Assembly: GCA_963744245.1 (NCBI GenBank)
Contig: CAVUST010000002.1
Location: forward strand, 5,891 to 69,890
Reading direction: 5' to 3'
DNA length: 64,000 bases
Source of the DNA: an uncultured Solirubrobacterales bacterium
GTDB taxonomy: Bacteria; Actinomycetota; Thermoleophilia; Solirubrobacterales; Solirubrobacteraceae
Under the pieces are notes generated by a model, which searched no databases, was not told the origin of the DNA, and saw only the letters and a program-made list of their open reading frames with translations. Positions 1-9,953 of the stretch are shown piece by piece; positions within the stretch are counted from its first letter, which is position 1, and every line of letters starts with the position of its first letter. The position numbers and the translations under genes were made by a program.

Positions 1-1
1 C

Positions 2-316
2 GCCGGCGCGGTCGACGTGCTGCAGGCAGACGTGACGCGCTGCGGCGGCATCACCCAGATGCTGCAGGTGGGCGCGCTGTGCGCCGCGCGTGGCTTGCGG
101 CTCTCTGCGCACACGAGCCCGGCGCTGCACGCGCACGTGTGCGCGGCGATCGAGCCGCTCGCGCACGTCGAGTATTTCCACGACCACGCCCGCATCGAGG
201 GGATGCTGTTCGACGGCGCCCCGCCGCTGCGCGAAGGCGGGCTCTGGCCGGACCCGACAGTCCCTGGGATGGGGCTGTCGTTGCGTGAGGGCGAGGCGGA
301 GCGCTACGAGCACTGA
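2..316 (+). CDS. Enolase-superfamily (mandelate racemase/muconate lactonizing enzyme) protein, C-terminal part, 5'-truncated by the window
   Basis: AVDVLQADVTRCGGIT...LSAHT...VEYFHDH...PGMGL matches the MR/MLE C-terminal barrel. Confidence 0.8.
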   Translation, partial: AGAVDVLQADVTRCGGITQMLQVGALCAARGLRLSAHTSPALHAHVCAAIEPLAHVEYFHDHARIEGMLFDGAPPLREGGLWPDPTVPGMGLSLREGEAERYEH

Positions 317-951
317 TGCCGAACACGGCGCACGCCTACGAGCACGTGGAGGGGATCTACCTGCCGATCGCCGTGGGCGTGTTCGTGCTCGTGCTCGGCA
401 CGCTGCTGGTGCTGCTGATCGCAGGCGCGAGACGCAGGACGCCGGGGCGGCGCTCGCAGGCGCTCGTGCTGGAGACGGCGTATGCGTGCGTCCTGGCGGG
501 CGTGGTGGCTTTCTTGTTGTGGGTGACGTTCACCGCGGAGACGCCGATCGATCGCACGGCCGCGCATCCTGGGGTTCGGATCAAGGTGATCGCCGCGCAG
601 TGGAGCTGGCGCTTCATCTACTCGGACGGCGTGAGCATCGCCGATGTGGATACGTGGCATCCGACGCCGGCGTATGTGCCGACGGGCAGCGAGGTTGAAT
701 TCGTGGGTAGCTCTGAGGATGTGATTCACGGCTTCTGGGTGCCCGGTCTTCACTACCAGCGGCAGTTCGTGCCCGGCTACACGACCCGCTTTGATCTCCT
801 GTTCCAGACGCCCGGCTATTACGGCGGTGAGTGCTCGGTGCTCTGTGGAGAGGACCACAGCGAGATGCACTTCGCCATCCGGGCGGTCAGCCCGCAGCGC
901 TTCGCAGCGTGGCTCGCGCACGAAGCCGTCCGGCAGGGAGTGTCGTCGTGA
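316..951 (+). CDS. ctaC: Cytochrome c oxidase subunit II
   Basis: AAQWSWRF, DVIHGFWVP and the CuA motif GECSVLCGEDHSEM. Confidence 0.93.
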   Translation: MPNTAHAYEHVEGIYLPIAVGVFVLVLGTLLVLLIAGARRRTPGRRSQALVLETAYACVLAGVVAFLLWVTFTAETPIDRTAAHPGVRIKVIAAQWSWRFIYSDGVSIADVDTWHPTPAYVPTGSEVEFVGSSEDVIHGFWVPGLHYQRQFVPGYTTRFDLLFQTPGYYGGECSVLCGEDHSEMHFAIRAVSPQRFAAWLAHEAVRQGVSS

Positions 952-2546
952 ACGCGGTTGCGGTGCCTGCCCGCGCGGCGTCGCGCACGTTCGCCTCGAG
1001 TGACCACAAGCGGATCGCCGGCGCGGCCTGCATGGTCGCGTTCGTGTTCTTCCTGGCGGGTGGGCTGTTGGCGTTGTTGATGCGAAGCCAGCTCGCGGCG
1101 GACGGCGGCGTGGTCTCCCAGCAGACCTACAACGAACTTTTCACGATGCACGGCTCGACGATGGTCTACCTCGTGATCGTGCCGGTCGCGCTCGCGGTCG
1201 GCGTGTACTTCGTCCCCTTGCAGGTCGGGGCGGCGGAGATCGCAGGGCCGCGCGTGGCGCTGGCCGGGCTGTGGATGCTGTTGTGCGGCGGTGTGAGCAT
1301 GTGGTCGGGGTTTCTGACCAGCGGCGGCGCCGCGGCGGCCTCCTGGTGGGGGTTCGACCCGCTCTCAGATTCGATCCACTCCCCGGGCAGCGGCATGGAA
1401 CTGTGGATCTTCGGGGTGATGCTGGCGACGCTCGGGCAGATCCTGTGGGCGGGCTGCATCCTGTCGACCGCGCTTCGCCGGCGGGCGCCGGGGATGACGT
1501 TGATGCGGATGCCGGTGTTCACCTGGACGATGGTCGTGACCTGCGTGATGGTTGTGTTCGGGTTCCCCGCGCTGCTGCTCGCGCTCGGGTTGCTGTGGGC
1601 GCAACGGCACTTCGGGGATGTGCTCGTCGGCGGCGCCGGCGCGGTGGACTACCAGGCGCTGTTCTGGTTCTACGGGCACCCAGTTGTGTACGTGATGTTC
1701 TTCCCGTTCGTGGGGATGGTCGGCGAGGTGCTGGCCACGTTCTCATCCCGGCGGTTTTTCGGCTACTCCGCGTTCGTGGTCGCGCTGCTCGCTTTCGCTG
1801 GCTTGTCGATGACGGTGTGGGCGCACCACATGTACACGTTCGGGGTGCTCTCGAACAAGTATTTCGCGCTGACATCGACCGCTTTGATCGTCCCGGCGGG
1901 CATCGAGTATTTCGATTTCCTGGCGACGCTGTGGCGAGGCAGGCTGCGTTTCACCACCTCGTTCTTGTTCGCGCTCGGCTTCCTCGTGCAGTTCCTCGTG
2001 GGTGGGTTGACGGGGGTGATCCTTGCCTCGCCGCCGTTGGATTACGGGCTGAACATGTCGTATTTCGTGGTGGCGCATTTTCACTACACGATCTTCGCGG
2101 GCAGCGCGTTCGGCTTGTTCGCCGGCATCTACTACTGGTTTCCGAAGATCACCGGGGCGATGCTGCGCGAGCGTCTCGGCAAGCTGCACTTCGTGCTGAT
2201 GGTAATCGGGACGAACGTGACCTTTTTCCCGATGTTCATCCTGGGTGCTGAGGGCATGACGCGGCGGATCGCGCGCTATCCCGCCTCAACGGGTTGGCAG
2301 GGGTTGAACATTCTGGAGACTGCCGGGTCGGTCGTGATCGCGCTGTCGGTGCTGGTGTTCATGTGGAACATGCTGGTCTCGTTGCGTGACCGGCGCGAGG
2401 CTGGAGATGATCCTTGGGGGGCGCAGACGCTCGAGTGGGCGACGAGCTCGCCGCCACCCCGCCACAACTTCCACGAGCTGCCGCCGATACGCAGCTACGC
2501 GCCCCTTTTGGATCTGCGCGAGGCGCGCGAGGAGGTGGGCGTATGA
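948..2546 (+). CDS. ctaD: Cytochrome c oxidase subunit I (atypical channel residues)
   Basis: GTG at 948 overlaps the coxII stop (GTGA); ligands TMHG, YGHPVVY, WAHHMY, AHFHY. Confidence 0.95.
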   Translation: MNAVAVPARAASRTFASSDHKRIAGAACMVAFVFFLAGGLLALLMRSQLAADGGVVSQQTYNELFTMHGSTMVYLVIVPVALAVGVYFVPLQVGAAEIAGPRVALAGLWMLLCGGVSMWSGFLTSGGAAAASWWGFDPLSDSIHSPGSGMELWIFGVMLATLGQILWAGCILSTALRRRAPGMTLMRMPVFTWTMVVTCVMVVFGFPALLLALGLLWAQRHFGDVLVGGAGAVDYQALFWFYGHPVVYVMFFPFVGMVGEVLATFSSRRFFGYSAFVVALLAFAGLSMTVWAHHMYTFGVLSNKYFALTSTALIVPAGIEYFDFLATLWRGRLRFTTSFLFALGFLVQFLVGGLTGVILASPPLDYGLNMSYFVVAHFHYTIFAGSAFGLFAGIYYWFPKITGAMLRERLGKLHFVLMVIGTNVTFFPMFILGAEGMTRRIARYPASTGWQGLNILETAGSVVIALSVLVFMWNMLVSLRDRREAGDDPWGAQTLEWATSSPPPRHNFHELPPIRSYAPLLDLREAREEVGV

Positions 2547-2917
2547 GACGCGCGGCTGTCGTGCTGCTCGTCTGGGGGTTGTGGCTGGCGGTGCTGACCG
2601 GCGTGCAGGCCGTGTTCGCCCCGAAACTGATCCAGTTCGCGATCCCGGCGGTGGCCAGCGCAGCTTGTGTTCTCGTCGGGCTTGTGGTGTGGGCGCTCGA
2701 CATCCGCCAGGGGCAGGTTGATGGGCCGCGGCTGATCACCGACAGCTCCGTCGCTACGGTCGCGCTGGTCGTCGGGGTTGCCGTGGCGCTCATCGGCGCC
2801 GGGTTCGGGCTGTGGCTGATCTTGATCGGCGTCGGCATCACGGCGCTCGGCCTCGGCGGCGTGGTGCGTGAGCAGCGCGAGCGCTCGCGGGAGCTGCGTA
2901 GGGAAGGCTTGCGGTGA
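2543..2917 (+). CDS. Small multi-TM membrane protein, possibly an oxidase accessory subunit
   Basis: ATGA-coupled to ctaD; 124 aa with about 4 hydrophobic segments. Confidence 0.6.
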   Translation: MRRAAVVLLVWGLWLAVLTGVQAVFAPKLIQFAIPAVASAACVLVGLVVWALDIRQGQVDGPRLITDSSVATVALVVGVAVALIGAGFGLWLILIGVGITALGLGGVVREQRERSRELRREGLR

Positions 2918-3785
2918 GCGCGCAGCCGCCGACGCTTGTGCCGTCTGCTGGGTACGTGGACCTTGGACCCCGTGCTGCTCTGGTGTTGGGGATGACGGCG
3001 GCGGGCCTTTACGTGTGGGGCATGGCCGTGCCTCCGCGCGCTGGCCGATCTGGCGGGCGTTTCGTTTCTGGCGGGGCTGGTGGTCCTGGCGCTCGCGTTG
3101 ATGTCGGGGATCGACCAGTACGCGGATGAGCTGCTGTCGGTGCATGTGATCGAGCATCTGCTGCTGATCCTCGCTCGCACCGATGCTGATGTTGTGGGGT
3201 GCGCCGGTGCGCCTGGCGTTGAGCGCGTCCACGCCGGCTGCGCACGCGTGCTGTTAGTTTCTGCGTGGCCGCCCGGTGCGCTTGTTGACGAGGCCGGCGT
3301 GCGGGTTCGCGTTGTTCACGGTTGTGGTGCTCGCCACGCATTTGACGGGTGTCTATGAAGCGGCGCTGCGCGACCAGACGATCCATGCGCTCGAGCACGC
3401 CGCCTACTTCTGGACGGGCACGCTGTTTTTGCTGCCGCTGCTCGCGGCCGACCCGATCCCGCGCCCGCCTGGTGCGATCGCGAGGTTCTCGTGGCTGATG
3501 GCCGCGATGCTCGTGATGTCGATTCCTGCCGGCGTGTTCCTGTTCGATGAGCACGTCCGCTACCCGTTCTATTTGGCGCCGGCGCGGGCCCTGCACGTCT
3601 CGGCGCTGGCGGACCAGCAGACAGCTGGGGTGCTGATGCTGGTGGCTGGCGGCGTGGTGATGGGTGTGCTGGCGATCGTGATCGCGATGAGCGCGATGCT
3701 CGCCGAGGAGCGACGCCAGCAGCGCCGCGACCGCTACGCCGACCGGAGCACCGGGTTGCCGGTGCGGGAGCCGGCGGGCCGATGA
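2914..3785 (+). pseudogene. ctaG: CtaG/caa3-type cytochrome c oxidase assembly factor with about 4 frameshifts
   Basis: CtaG-like segments lie in successive frames: LYVWG / RWPIWR / SFLAGLVVLAL..DELLSVHVIEHLLL / APMLMLWGAP / RLLTRP..THLTG..IHALEH.. Confidence 0.75.
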
Positions 3786-4579
3786 GACGCCGGCTGATGA
3801 TGATGGTGGCGCTTGTGTGCGGCGCGCTCGCGCTGACTGACTTCGCCGCTCACTGGGACGCCAGCGCAACCCCCTCGCCCACTTCCACTGCCGCTCCTTC
3901 TGGGCTGGTGGCGCAGGGTCACGCGCTGTTCGACTCCTCCTGCGCGTCATGCCACGGTCTGAGCGCGCAGGGCATCAGTGGCCGCGCCCCGAGCCTGCAT
4001 GGCGTCGGCGCGCTGGCGGCGGACTTCTACCTGCAGACCGGGCGAATGCCGCTACCCAACCCGAAGGCGCAGCCGCTGCGGACGAGTCCCGCATTTCCGC
4101 CGAGCAAGATCAAGGCGCTCGTCGCCTATGTCGGATCGTTCGGCGGCCCTGGCATTCCAACGGTGCAGCCGAACCGAGGATCGCTCGCGGAAGGGCAGCG
4201 TCTGTTCGGACTGGACTGCGCGGGCTGCCACACGATCCAGGGTCAGGGCGGGATCGTGACCGGCGCGATCGTCCCTGCGCTGAATCAGGCGACACCGAGA
4301 CAGGTCGGTGAGGCGGTACGGATCGGCCCGTATGTGATGCCTCGCTTCGGCGAAGGCGAGCTCACCGACACGGAGGTGAACTCGCTCGCGCGCTACATCC
4401 AGAGCATCCAGCACCCAGACAACCTGGGCGGCTGGGGCATCGGTCGGATCGGCCCGATCCCCGAGGGAATGGTCGCGTGGCTGCTGGCCGCCGCCGCGCT
4501 GTTGTTGATCGCCAGGCTGCTCGGCGAGCGCACGAGCGAGCAGCCCGAACGTCCACCGCGGCCAGGGAGCAACGCATGA
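3782..4579 (+). CDS. qcrC: Cytochrome bc1 diheme cytochrome c subunit
   Basis: Two heme motifs CASCH and CAGCH, plus FYLQTGRMP, GPYVMPRF and GPIPEG. Confidence 0.92.
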   Translation: MRRRLMMMVALVCGALALTDFAAHWDASATPSPTSTAAPSGLVAQGHALFDSSCASCHGLSAQGISGRAPSLHGVGALAADFYLQTGRMPLPNPKAQPLRTSPAFPPSKIKALVAYVGSFGGPGIPTVQPNRGSLAEGQRLFGLDCAGCHTIQGQGGIVTGAIVPALNQATPRQVGEAVRIGPYVMPRFGEGELTDTEVNSLARYIQSIQHPDNLGGWGIGRIGPIPEGMVAWLLAAAALLLIARLLGERTSEQPERPPRPGSNA

Positions 4580-5547
4580 GCCGGGCCTGGAAGGCGATCG
4601 TGATGTTCGTGCTGTGGCGCACCGGAGCGCTGCGCGCACGCGGCCAGCAGCCCGAGGTGGACCCGTCTGAGCGGCACACAGGCGCACCCGCATGGGCGGA
4701 GCTATTGGTCGTGGCTGTGCTGCTGCTGGTGCCGGTCGCGGCGCTCGCGTTCGTCGCCTTGTTCGTGCTCGACCCGAATACGCAGCTGCTGGGTCTCGCA
4801 CTCGGCGCGGCGCTCGCTTTGCTGGCTTGTGCGCTGGTGCTCGCGGGCCGCTGGCTGGTGCCCCAAGAGACGAAGGTCGAGCAGCGCCCCCGGCTGGCCG
4901 ACCCGGACGCTGCTCGTGAGGTCATCGAGCAGGCCGCCGAGGGTGTGGAGGGCATCACGCGTCGGCGGCTGCTCGCCGGCGCCGCCGGGGTCGCGGGCGC
5001 CGGGCTGACGGCGGCGGTGGTGATTCCTGTGGCGGCGCTTGGCCCTGGTCTCGAGGAGCAGCTGCGACGCACACCGTGGCGGGCAGGGCGCGCGCTCGTG
5101 GACGAGCAGGGCAACCCGATGCTCGCGGCCGACATCATCGAACGGAGCTTTCAGACCGCGTTCCCGCAGGGCGCCGATCAGGAGGACCTGGGCTCCCCCG
5201 TCGTGGTGGTGCGCGTTGACCCCGCGACGCTGCGGCTACCCGCCGAGCGTGCCGGCTGGGCACCGCAGGGCATCCTTGCCTACTCGAAGATCTGCACCCA
5301 TGCCGCGTGCGCTATCTCGCTATTTCGAGACCCGCTCAGCCCATCAACCGAGTCCAAGGGGCCGGCGCTGGTGTGCCCCTGCCACTACTCCACGTTCGAC
5401 GTACTGGACGGTGGCAGCGTCGAGTTCGGCCCCGCCGGCAGGCCGCTGCCGCAGCTGCCGCTGACTATCGACAGCGCTGGTGTGCTGCGCGCTGCTGGGC
5501 CGATGTCGGGGCCTGTCGGCCCGTCCTGGTGGGGAGACCCATCGTGA
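4576..5547 (+). CDS. qcrA: Cytochrome bc1 Rieske iron-sulfur subunit
   Basis: YSKICTHAAC and CPCHYSTF Rieske motifs; ATG at 4576 overlaps the qcrC stop. Confidence 0.93.
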   Translation: MSRAWKAIVMFVLWRTGALRARGQQPEVDPSERHTGAPAWAELLVVAVLLLVPVAALAFVALFVLDPNTQLLGLALGAALALLACALVLAGRWLVPQETKVEQRPRLADPDAAREVIEQAAEGVEGITRRRLLAGAAGVAGAGLTAAVVIPVAALGPGLEEQLRRTPWRAGRALVDEQGNPMLAADIIERSFQTAFPQGADQEDLGSPVVVVRVDPATLRLPAERAGWAPQGILAYSKICTHAACAISLFRDPLSPSTESKGPALVCPCHYSTFDVLDGGSVEFGPAGRPLPQLPLTIDSAGVLRAAGPMSGPVGPSWWGDPS

Positions 5548-6968
5548 GCCACACCGCCAAGGAACGGCCGGTGGACGCGGTGGCGTTCGTGGATGAGCGG
5601 CTGGGCGCGGCGCGGGGAATGCGCTGGCTGATGGATTACGTGTTCCCTGACCACTGGAGCTTCCTGCTCGGCGAGATCGCCCTGTACTCGTTCGTGGTGC
5701 TGGTCCTCACGGGCACGTTTTTGGCGCTGTTCTTCGACCCGGACACGACGCAGACCGTCTACCACGGCAGCTACCAGGCATTGCAGGGCCAGAGCGTCTC
5801 AGACGCCTACGCCTCCACCCTGCACATCTCCTTTGATGTATCGGGCGGGCTGCTCGCCCGTCAGGTTCACCATTGGGCGGCGCTGGTGTTCGTCGCGGCG
5901 ATCACCCTCCATCTGCTGCGGATCGTGTTCACCGGCGCTTTCCGCAAGCCTCGCGACATCAACTACTTCATCGGCGTCACCCTGTTGGCGCTCGCGATCT
6001 TGGAGGGCTTCGCTGGCTACTCGCTCCCCGACGATCTGCTCTCGGGGATGGGGTTGGCGATCGCGTGGGCAGTCGCGATGTCGCTCCCTTTGATCGGCGG
6101 CCCGTTCGCGACGGCGTTGTGGGGCGGCAGGTTCCCTGGGTCGACGGCGTTTGAGTCGCGGCTGTTCATCGCGCACGTGTTCCTGCTACCAGCGATCATC
6201 GGTGGACTGATCGCGGTGCACTTGGCGATCATCATGCGCCAGCGCCACTCGCAGTTCCCCGGCCCCGGCCGGCGTGAGGACAACGTGGTGGGCACCCCGA
6301 TGTGGCCTGGGTATGCGCTGCGCTCGCTCGGCTTGTTCGCGGCAGTCGCCGCGGTGCTGGCCCTGATGGGCGGCCTGATCCAGATCAACCCGGTGTGGCT
6401 GTGGGGGCCCTATCACCCCTATATCGGCACGAACGGCGCCCAGCCGGACTGGTATCTGGGGTGGCTGATCGGCGCGCTGCGACTGATGCCGAACCTGGAG
6501 ATCCACGCCTTCGGACACACGCTCGTACCGAACCCGTTTTTTGGCGGGGTGTTGTTTCCCGGCATCGTGTTCGGGCTGTTGTATGCGCTGCCGTGGCTTG
6601 ACAGGCGCTTCATCAGCAGGGACTACCGGCGCCACGATCTGCTTGAGCGTCCGCGTGATAATCCGCGGCGCAGCGCGCTTGCCGCTGCGCTGCTCTCGGC
6701 GGTGGCGGTGGTGTTCGCGGCGGGCTCGGCCGACCGTCTGTTCTTCCAGTTCGGGTTTGGCTATGAAGGCGCGGTGTGGTTCTTCCGCGGCGCGTTCCTA
6801 GTCGTGCCGGTCATCGCCTATGCGGCAACGAAACGGGTGTGCGCGGGACTCGCGCGAGAGCAGGCGCATCCGTTGCGGGGCTGGAGTGGCCACGTCGTGA
6901 TCCGCAACCGCAGCGGGGGCTTCGACGCTGACGGGGAAGCTATCGAGCTTGATACGGCCGAGCGCTAG
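5544..6968 (+). CDS. qcrB: Cytochrome bc1 cytochrome b subunit
   Basis: VFPDHWSFLLGEIALYSF, RQVHHWAA, AHVFLLP and QPDWY. Confidence 0.95.
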   Translation: MSHTAKERPVDAVAFVDERLGAARGMRWLMDYVFPDHWSFLLGEIALYSFVVLVLTGTFLALFFDPDTTQTVYHGSYQALQGQSVSDAYASTLHISFDVSGGLLARQVHHWAALVFVAAITLHLLRIVFTGAFRKPRDINYFIGVTLLALAILEGFAGYSLPDDLLSGMGLAIAWAVAMSLPLIGGPFATALWGGRFPGSTAFESRLFIAHVFLLPAIIGGLIAVHLAIIMRQRHSQFPGPGRREDNVVGTPMWPGYALRSLGLFAAVAAVLALMGGLIQINPVWLWGPYHPYIGTNGAQPDWYLGWLIGALRLMPNLEIHAFGHTLVPNPFFGGVLFPGIVFGLLYALPWLDRRFISRDYRRHDLLERPRDNPRRSALAAALLSAVAVVFAAGSADRLFFQFGFGYEGAVWFFRGAFLVVPVIAYAATKRVCAGLAREQAHPLRGWSGHVVIRNRSGGFDADGEAIELDTAER

Positions 6969-7240
6969 AGATGAACGTAATCCCCTGCCGCTCGTTCAGC
7001 CTGATTGCGTGCGCCGCGTCTACCTTCCGCTCTGCTGCTGGTCTTTGATGGCGGCGCGCATGATCAGGCGGGCCCGGTGCGCCTCGCTGCGCAGACCGGC
7101 TCTTGAGATCATCGGCTCCGCGACGGGCGTGGGGGCTCTGAGGAGCCGGCGCGCTGCTTCGGAGAGGCTGGTGAGCTGTGGCCCCGGTGCGCCGCGCCAG
7201 CCTGGGGGGCGAGGCGTTGGCGCGGATGTGGCATGGGTGC

Positions 7241-8224
7241 TCATGCTGTGGTTGAGATGAGTGTTGAGGCGTCGCTGTTGAAGTGCGGCAGGATCTCGTT
7301 GGCGTAGGTCTGGAAGAAGCGTTCTTGGTCGGGGCCGATCTGCTGGATGTAGAGCTCGTCGAACCCGGCGTCGCGGTAGCGACGGATCGCCTGCAGGTGC
7401 AGGTCGAGGTCGGGGCCGCACGGGACGGCTTCGGCCACCATGTCCTCGCTGACGAGTTCGCTTGCTTGCTCGAAGTGTGCGGGGGTCGGCAGGATCTGCG
7501 CGAGCTCGCCGGGTAGCTGCTCGTTGGGCCACAGCCGGTGTGCGGTGGTGCGTGCTTGGTGCTCGTCAGGGGCCCAGCAGACCTTCATGCCGCCCGCGAC
7601 AGGCCCGTTTCCGCCGGCGTCGCGGAACCGTTTGACTTCTTCCTTCTCGGGCTGGACGGTGCAGTAGCCGTCGCCGATTCTGGCGGCGAGGCTGGTGGCC
7701 TTGGGGCCGAACCCGGAGATGAGGATCGGCGGTGTCTGCTCGGGCAGGTCGTAGATGCGGGCGTTCTCTACTTGGTAGTGGTGTCCGCGGTGGCTTTGCA
7801 TCCCGCCCTGCCAGAGGGTGCGGATGACCTGCACGGCCTCCTCGAGCATCTCTAGGCGCTCGTCAGCCGCAGGCCAGTGGTCGCCGAGGATGTGCTCGTT
7901 GAGCGCCTCGCCGCTGCCGAGGCCGAGCGCGAAGCGTCCCTCCAGCAGCACCGCGCAGGTCGCGGCGGCCTGTGCGATTACGGCCGGGTGGATGCGGACG
8001 GTGGGGCACGTCACTGCGGTTGTGACCTTCATCGTGGAGGTCGCCTGTGCGAGGGCGCCGATGGTCGACCAGACGAAGCCGCTGTGTCCCTGCTCGTCGT
8101 TCCAGGGGTGGTAGTGGTCTGAGATCCACAGCCCTTGGAAGCCGGCGTCCTCGGCCATGCGCGCCTGCGCGATGAGCTCGCGGGGGTCGAACTCCTCGCT
8201 GGACAAGAAATAGCCGATCCTCAC
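7241..8224 (-). CDS. F420-dependent LLM-class oxidoreductase (TIGR03557-like)
   Basis: GTG start giving RIGYFLSSEE; WISDHYHPW, TAVTCPT and GLGSGEALNEH; AAGGAG RBS upstream. Confidence 0.88.
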   Translation of the reverse strand: MRIGYFLSSEEFDPRELIAQARMAEDAGFQGLWISDHYHPWNDEQGHSGFVWSTIGALAQATSTMKVTTAVTCPTVRIHPAVIAQAAATCAVLLEGRFALGLGSGEALNEHILGDHWPAADERLEMLEEAVQVIRTLWQGGMQSHRGHHYQVENARIYDLPEQTPPILISGFGPKATSLAARIGDGYCTVQPEKEEVKRFRDAGGNGPVAGGMKVCWAPDEHQARTTAHRLWPNEQLPGELAQILPTPAHFEQASELVSEDMVAEAVPCGPDLDLHLQAIRRYRDAGFDELYIQQIGPDQERFFQTYANEILPHFNSDASTLISTTA

Positions 8225-8384
8225 CTCATGGTCTCCTTGATCGCGGGTTCGCGGCTTTTCTACCCCACGGCGGCGTGACTCAATCGTTGCGCAGCGTCTG
8301 AGCGCTGCGACTCGTGCAGTTCTTCTGGGAACGGATGAGCGCAGCGTCAGGAGGGTCATCGTGGCGCCCCTCGAATAGACATTG

Positions 8385-8909
8385 ATGGCCGACGCTCCCG
8401 AGGGCGTGGTGCTTGAGCGCAGCCGTGACCTGGTGGGCCGGCGGCACCATCCCTACTACCGCAGACTGTTGCTGTGCGTGATCGCCGTCTTGCCGGTGCT
8501 AGCGCTGCTTGGCGTGTTCGGCCAGAAGCCGAGCACGAGCTCCGCTGAGGCAGGCGCCGCGAGCCTGAGCGTCACCGCGCCCACGCGGCTGCGCAGCGGA
8601 CTGATCTTCCAGGTGAAGGTCAGGGTGATGGCCCACCGTCAGATCAAGAAGCCCGAAATCGTCTTCGATGAAGGATGGTGGGAATCGATGAGCGTCAACT
8701 CAATCGAGCCCGAACCGACAGAATCGAGCTCCAAGAACGGGCGAGTCGTCCTGTCATACGGCAAGCTCGAACCGGGCGAATCGTTGACCAGCTGGATCTA
8801 CTTCCAGGTGAACCCCACGAACGTCGGCAAGCGCCGTGAGGACGTTCAGCTCGATGACGGCGAAACCCCGCTCGTGAGCGTCCATCGTTCGCTGACGATC
8901 TTCCCTTAG
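8385..8909 (+). CDS. Hypothetical protein with N-terminal TM helix and Ig-like beta-rich domain
   Basis: ORF in an operon with DUF421; natural amino-acid composition. Confidence 0.7.
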   Translation: MADAPEGVVLERSRDLVGRRHHPYYRRLLLCVIAVLPVLALLGVFGQKPSTSSAEAGAASLSVTAPTRLRSGLIFQVKVRVMAHRQIKKPEIVFDEGWWESMSVNSIEPEPTESSSKNGRVVLSYGKLEPGESLTSWIYFQVNPTNVGKRREDVQLDDGETPLVSVHRSLTIFP

Positions 8910-8912
8910 CTC

Positions 8913-9356
8913 ATGGACCTCGTAATCCGCGCCACCGTCGTCTTCTTCTTCATCTTCCTGGTGACCCGCGTTGTCGGTCGGCGCCAGCTCTCAGACCTCG
9001 AGCCATTTGACTTCATTCTGCTCGTGGTCTTGGGTGATCTAGTCCAGCAGGGCATCACGCAGAGTGATCAGTCGGTGACGGGCACGCTGACTGTGATCTC
9101 GACGATCGCGCTCCTCTCGGTAGCGGTGAGCTGGATCTCATTCCGCTCTCCCCGCGCACGGCTGATCGCCGAGGGGGAGCCGATCGTGCTCGTGCAGGAC
9201 GGCCGGCCGATCGAGCGTAACATGCGACGAGAGCGCATCACGCTCGCAGACATCCAAGAGGAGGCCCGACAAGCACAGATCGTCTCAATCGGCGACATCC
9301 AGTGGGCGATCCTCGAGAACGACGGAAGGATCAGCTGCATTCCCCGCCGCGAGTAA
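8913..9356 (+). CDS. DUF421/YetF family membrane protein
   Basis: GRRQLSDLEPFDFILLVVLGD, GEPIVLVQDG and AILENDGRIS. Confidence 0.88.
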   Translation: MDLVIRATVVFFFIFLVTRVVGRRQLSDLEPFDFILLVVLGDLVQQGITQSDQSVTGTLTVISTIALLSVAVSWISFRSPRARLIAEGEPIVLVQDGRPIERNMRRERITLADIQEEARQAQIVSIGDIQWAILENDGRISCIPRRE

Positions 9357-9372
9357 CGGCGGGTAGGAACTG

Positions 9373-9903
9373 ATGATGGCCGGCGACGCTCAACCACCAC
9401 ACGCCGATCGCGAGAGTCGCGCCGGTGCCCCTGGGCGCCGGGAGACGGGCCTTGAGCGTCTGGATCGCAATCTGGAGGAGATGACCGGCGAGCTGCGCGT
9501 GGTCGTCACGGGCGTACAGGTGCTCTTTGCCTTTCTCTTGATCGTGCCGTTCAACACCGGGTTCGCGCATGTCGGGGATTTCGAGCGCACCGTGTATTTC
9601 GTGACGCTGGTGTTGGCGGCGCTCGCAGCGGTCTGCATGATCGCGCCGTCTGCTGAGCATCGCTTTCTTTTCCGTCACGACGATAAGCGCCACATCGTGT
9701 TCAACTCAAACCGGGTGGTGATCGCGGGCCTGGTGTGCTTGGCGCTCGCGATGTGTGGCTGTCTGTTGCTTGTCACGACCAAGTTGTTTGGTGTGAGCGC
9801 GGGGGTGGTGACGGCGGCGCTGGGCGCGGTCCCGTTTGTGCTGCTGTGGTTCGTGCTGCCGCTGAGGAGGTTGCGCCTGCTCGACGAGCGCGACCCGCCT
9901 TGA
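9373..9903 (+). CDS. DUF6328 family membrane protein
   Basis: LDRNLEEMTGELRVVVTGVQVLFAFLLIVPFN. Confidence 0.82.
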   Translation: MMAGDAQPPHADRESRAGAPGRRETGLERLDRNLEEMTGELRVVVTGVQVLFAFLLIVPFNTGFAHVGDFERTVYFVTLVLAALAAVCMIAPSAEHRFLFRHDDKRHIVFNSNRVVIAGLVCLALAMCGCLLLVTTKLFGVSAGVVTAALGAVPFVLLWFVLPLRRLRLLDERDPP

Positions 9904-9953
9904 GGTCGGTAGCGCGTCGGCGGCTTCGCCGAATGGCTGGTGAGCGAGTGGCT

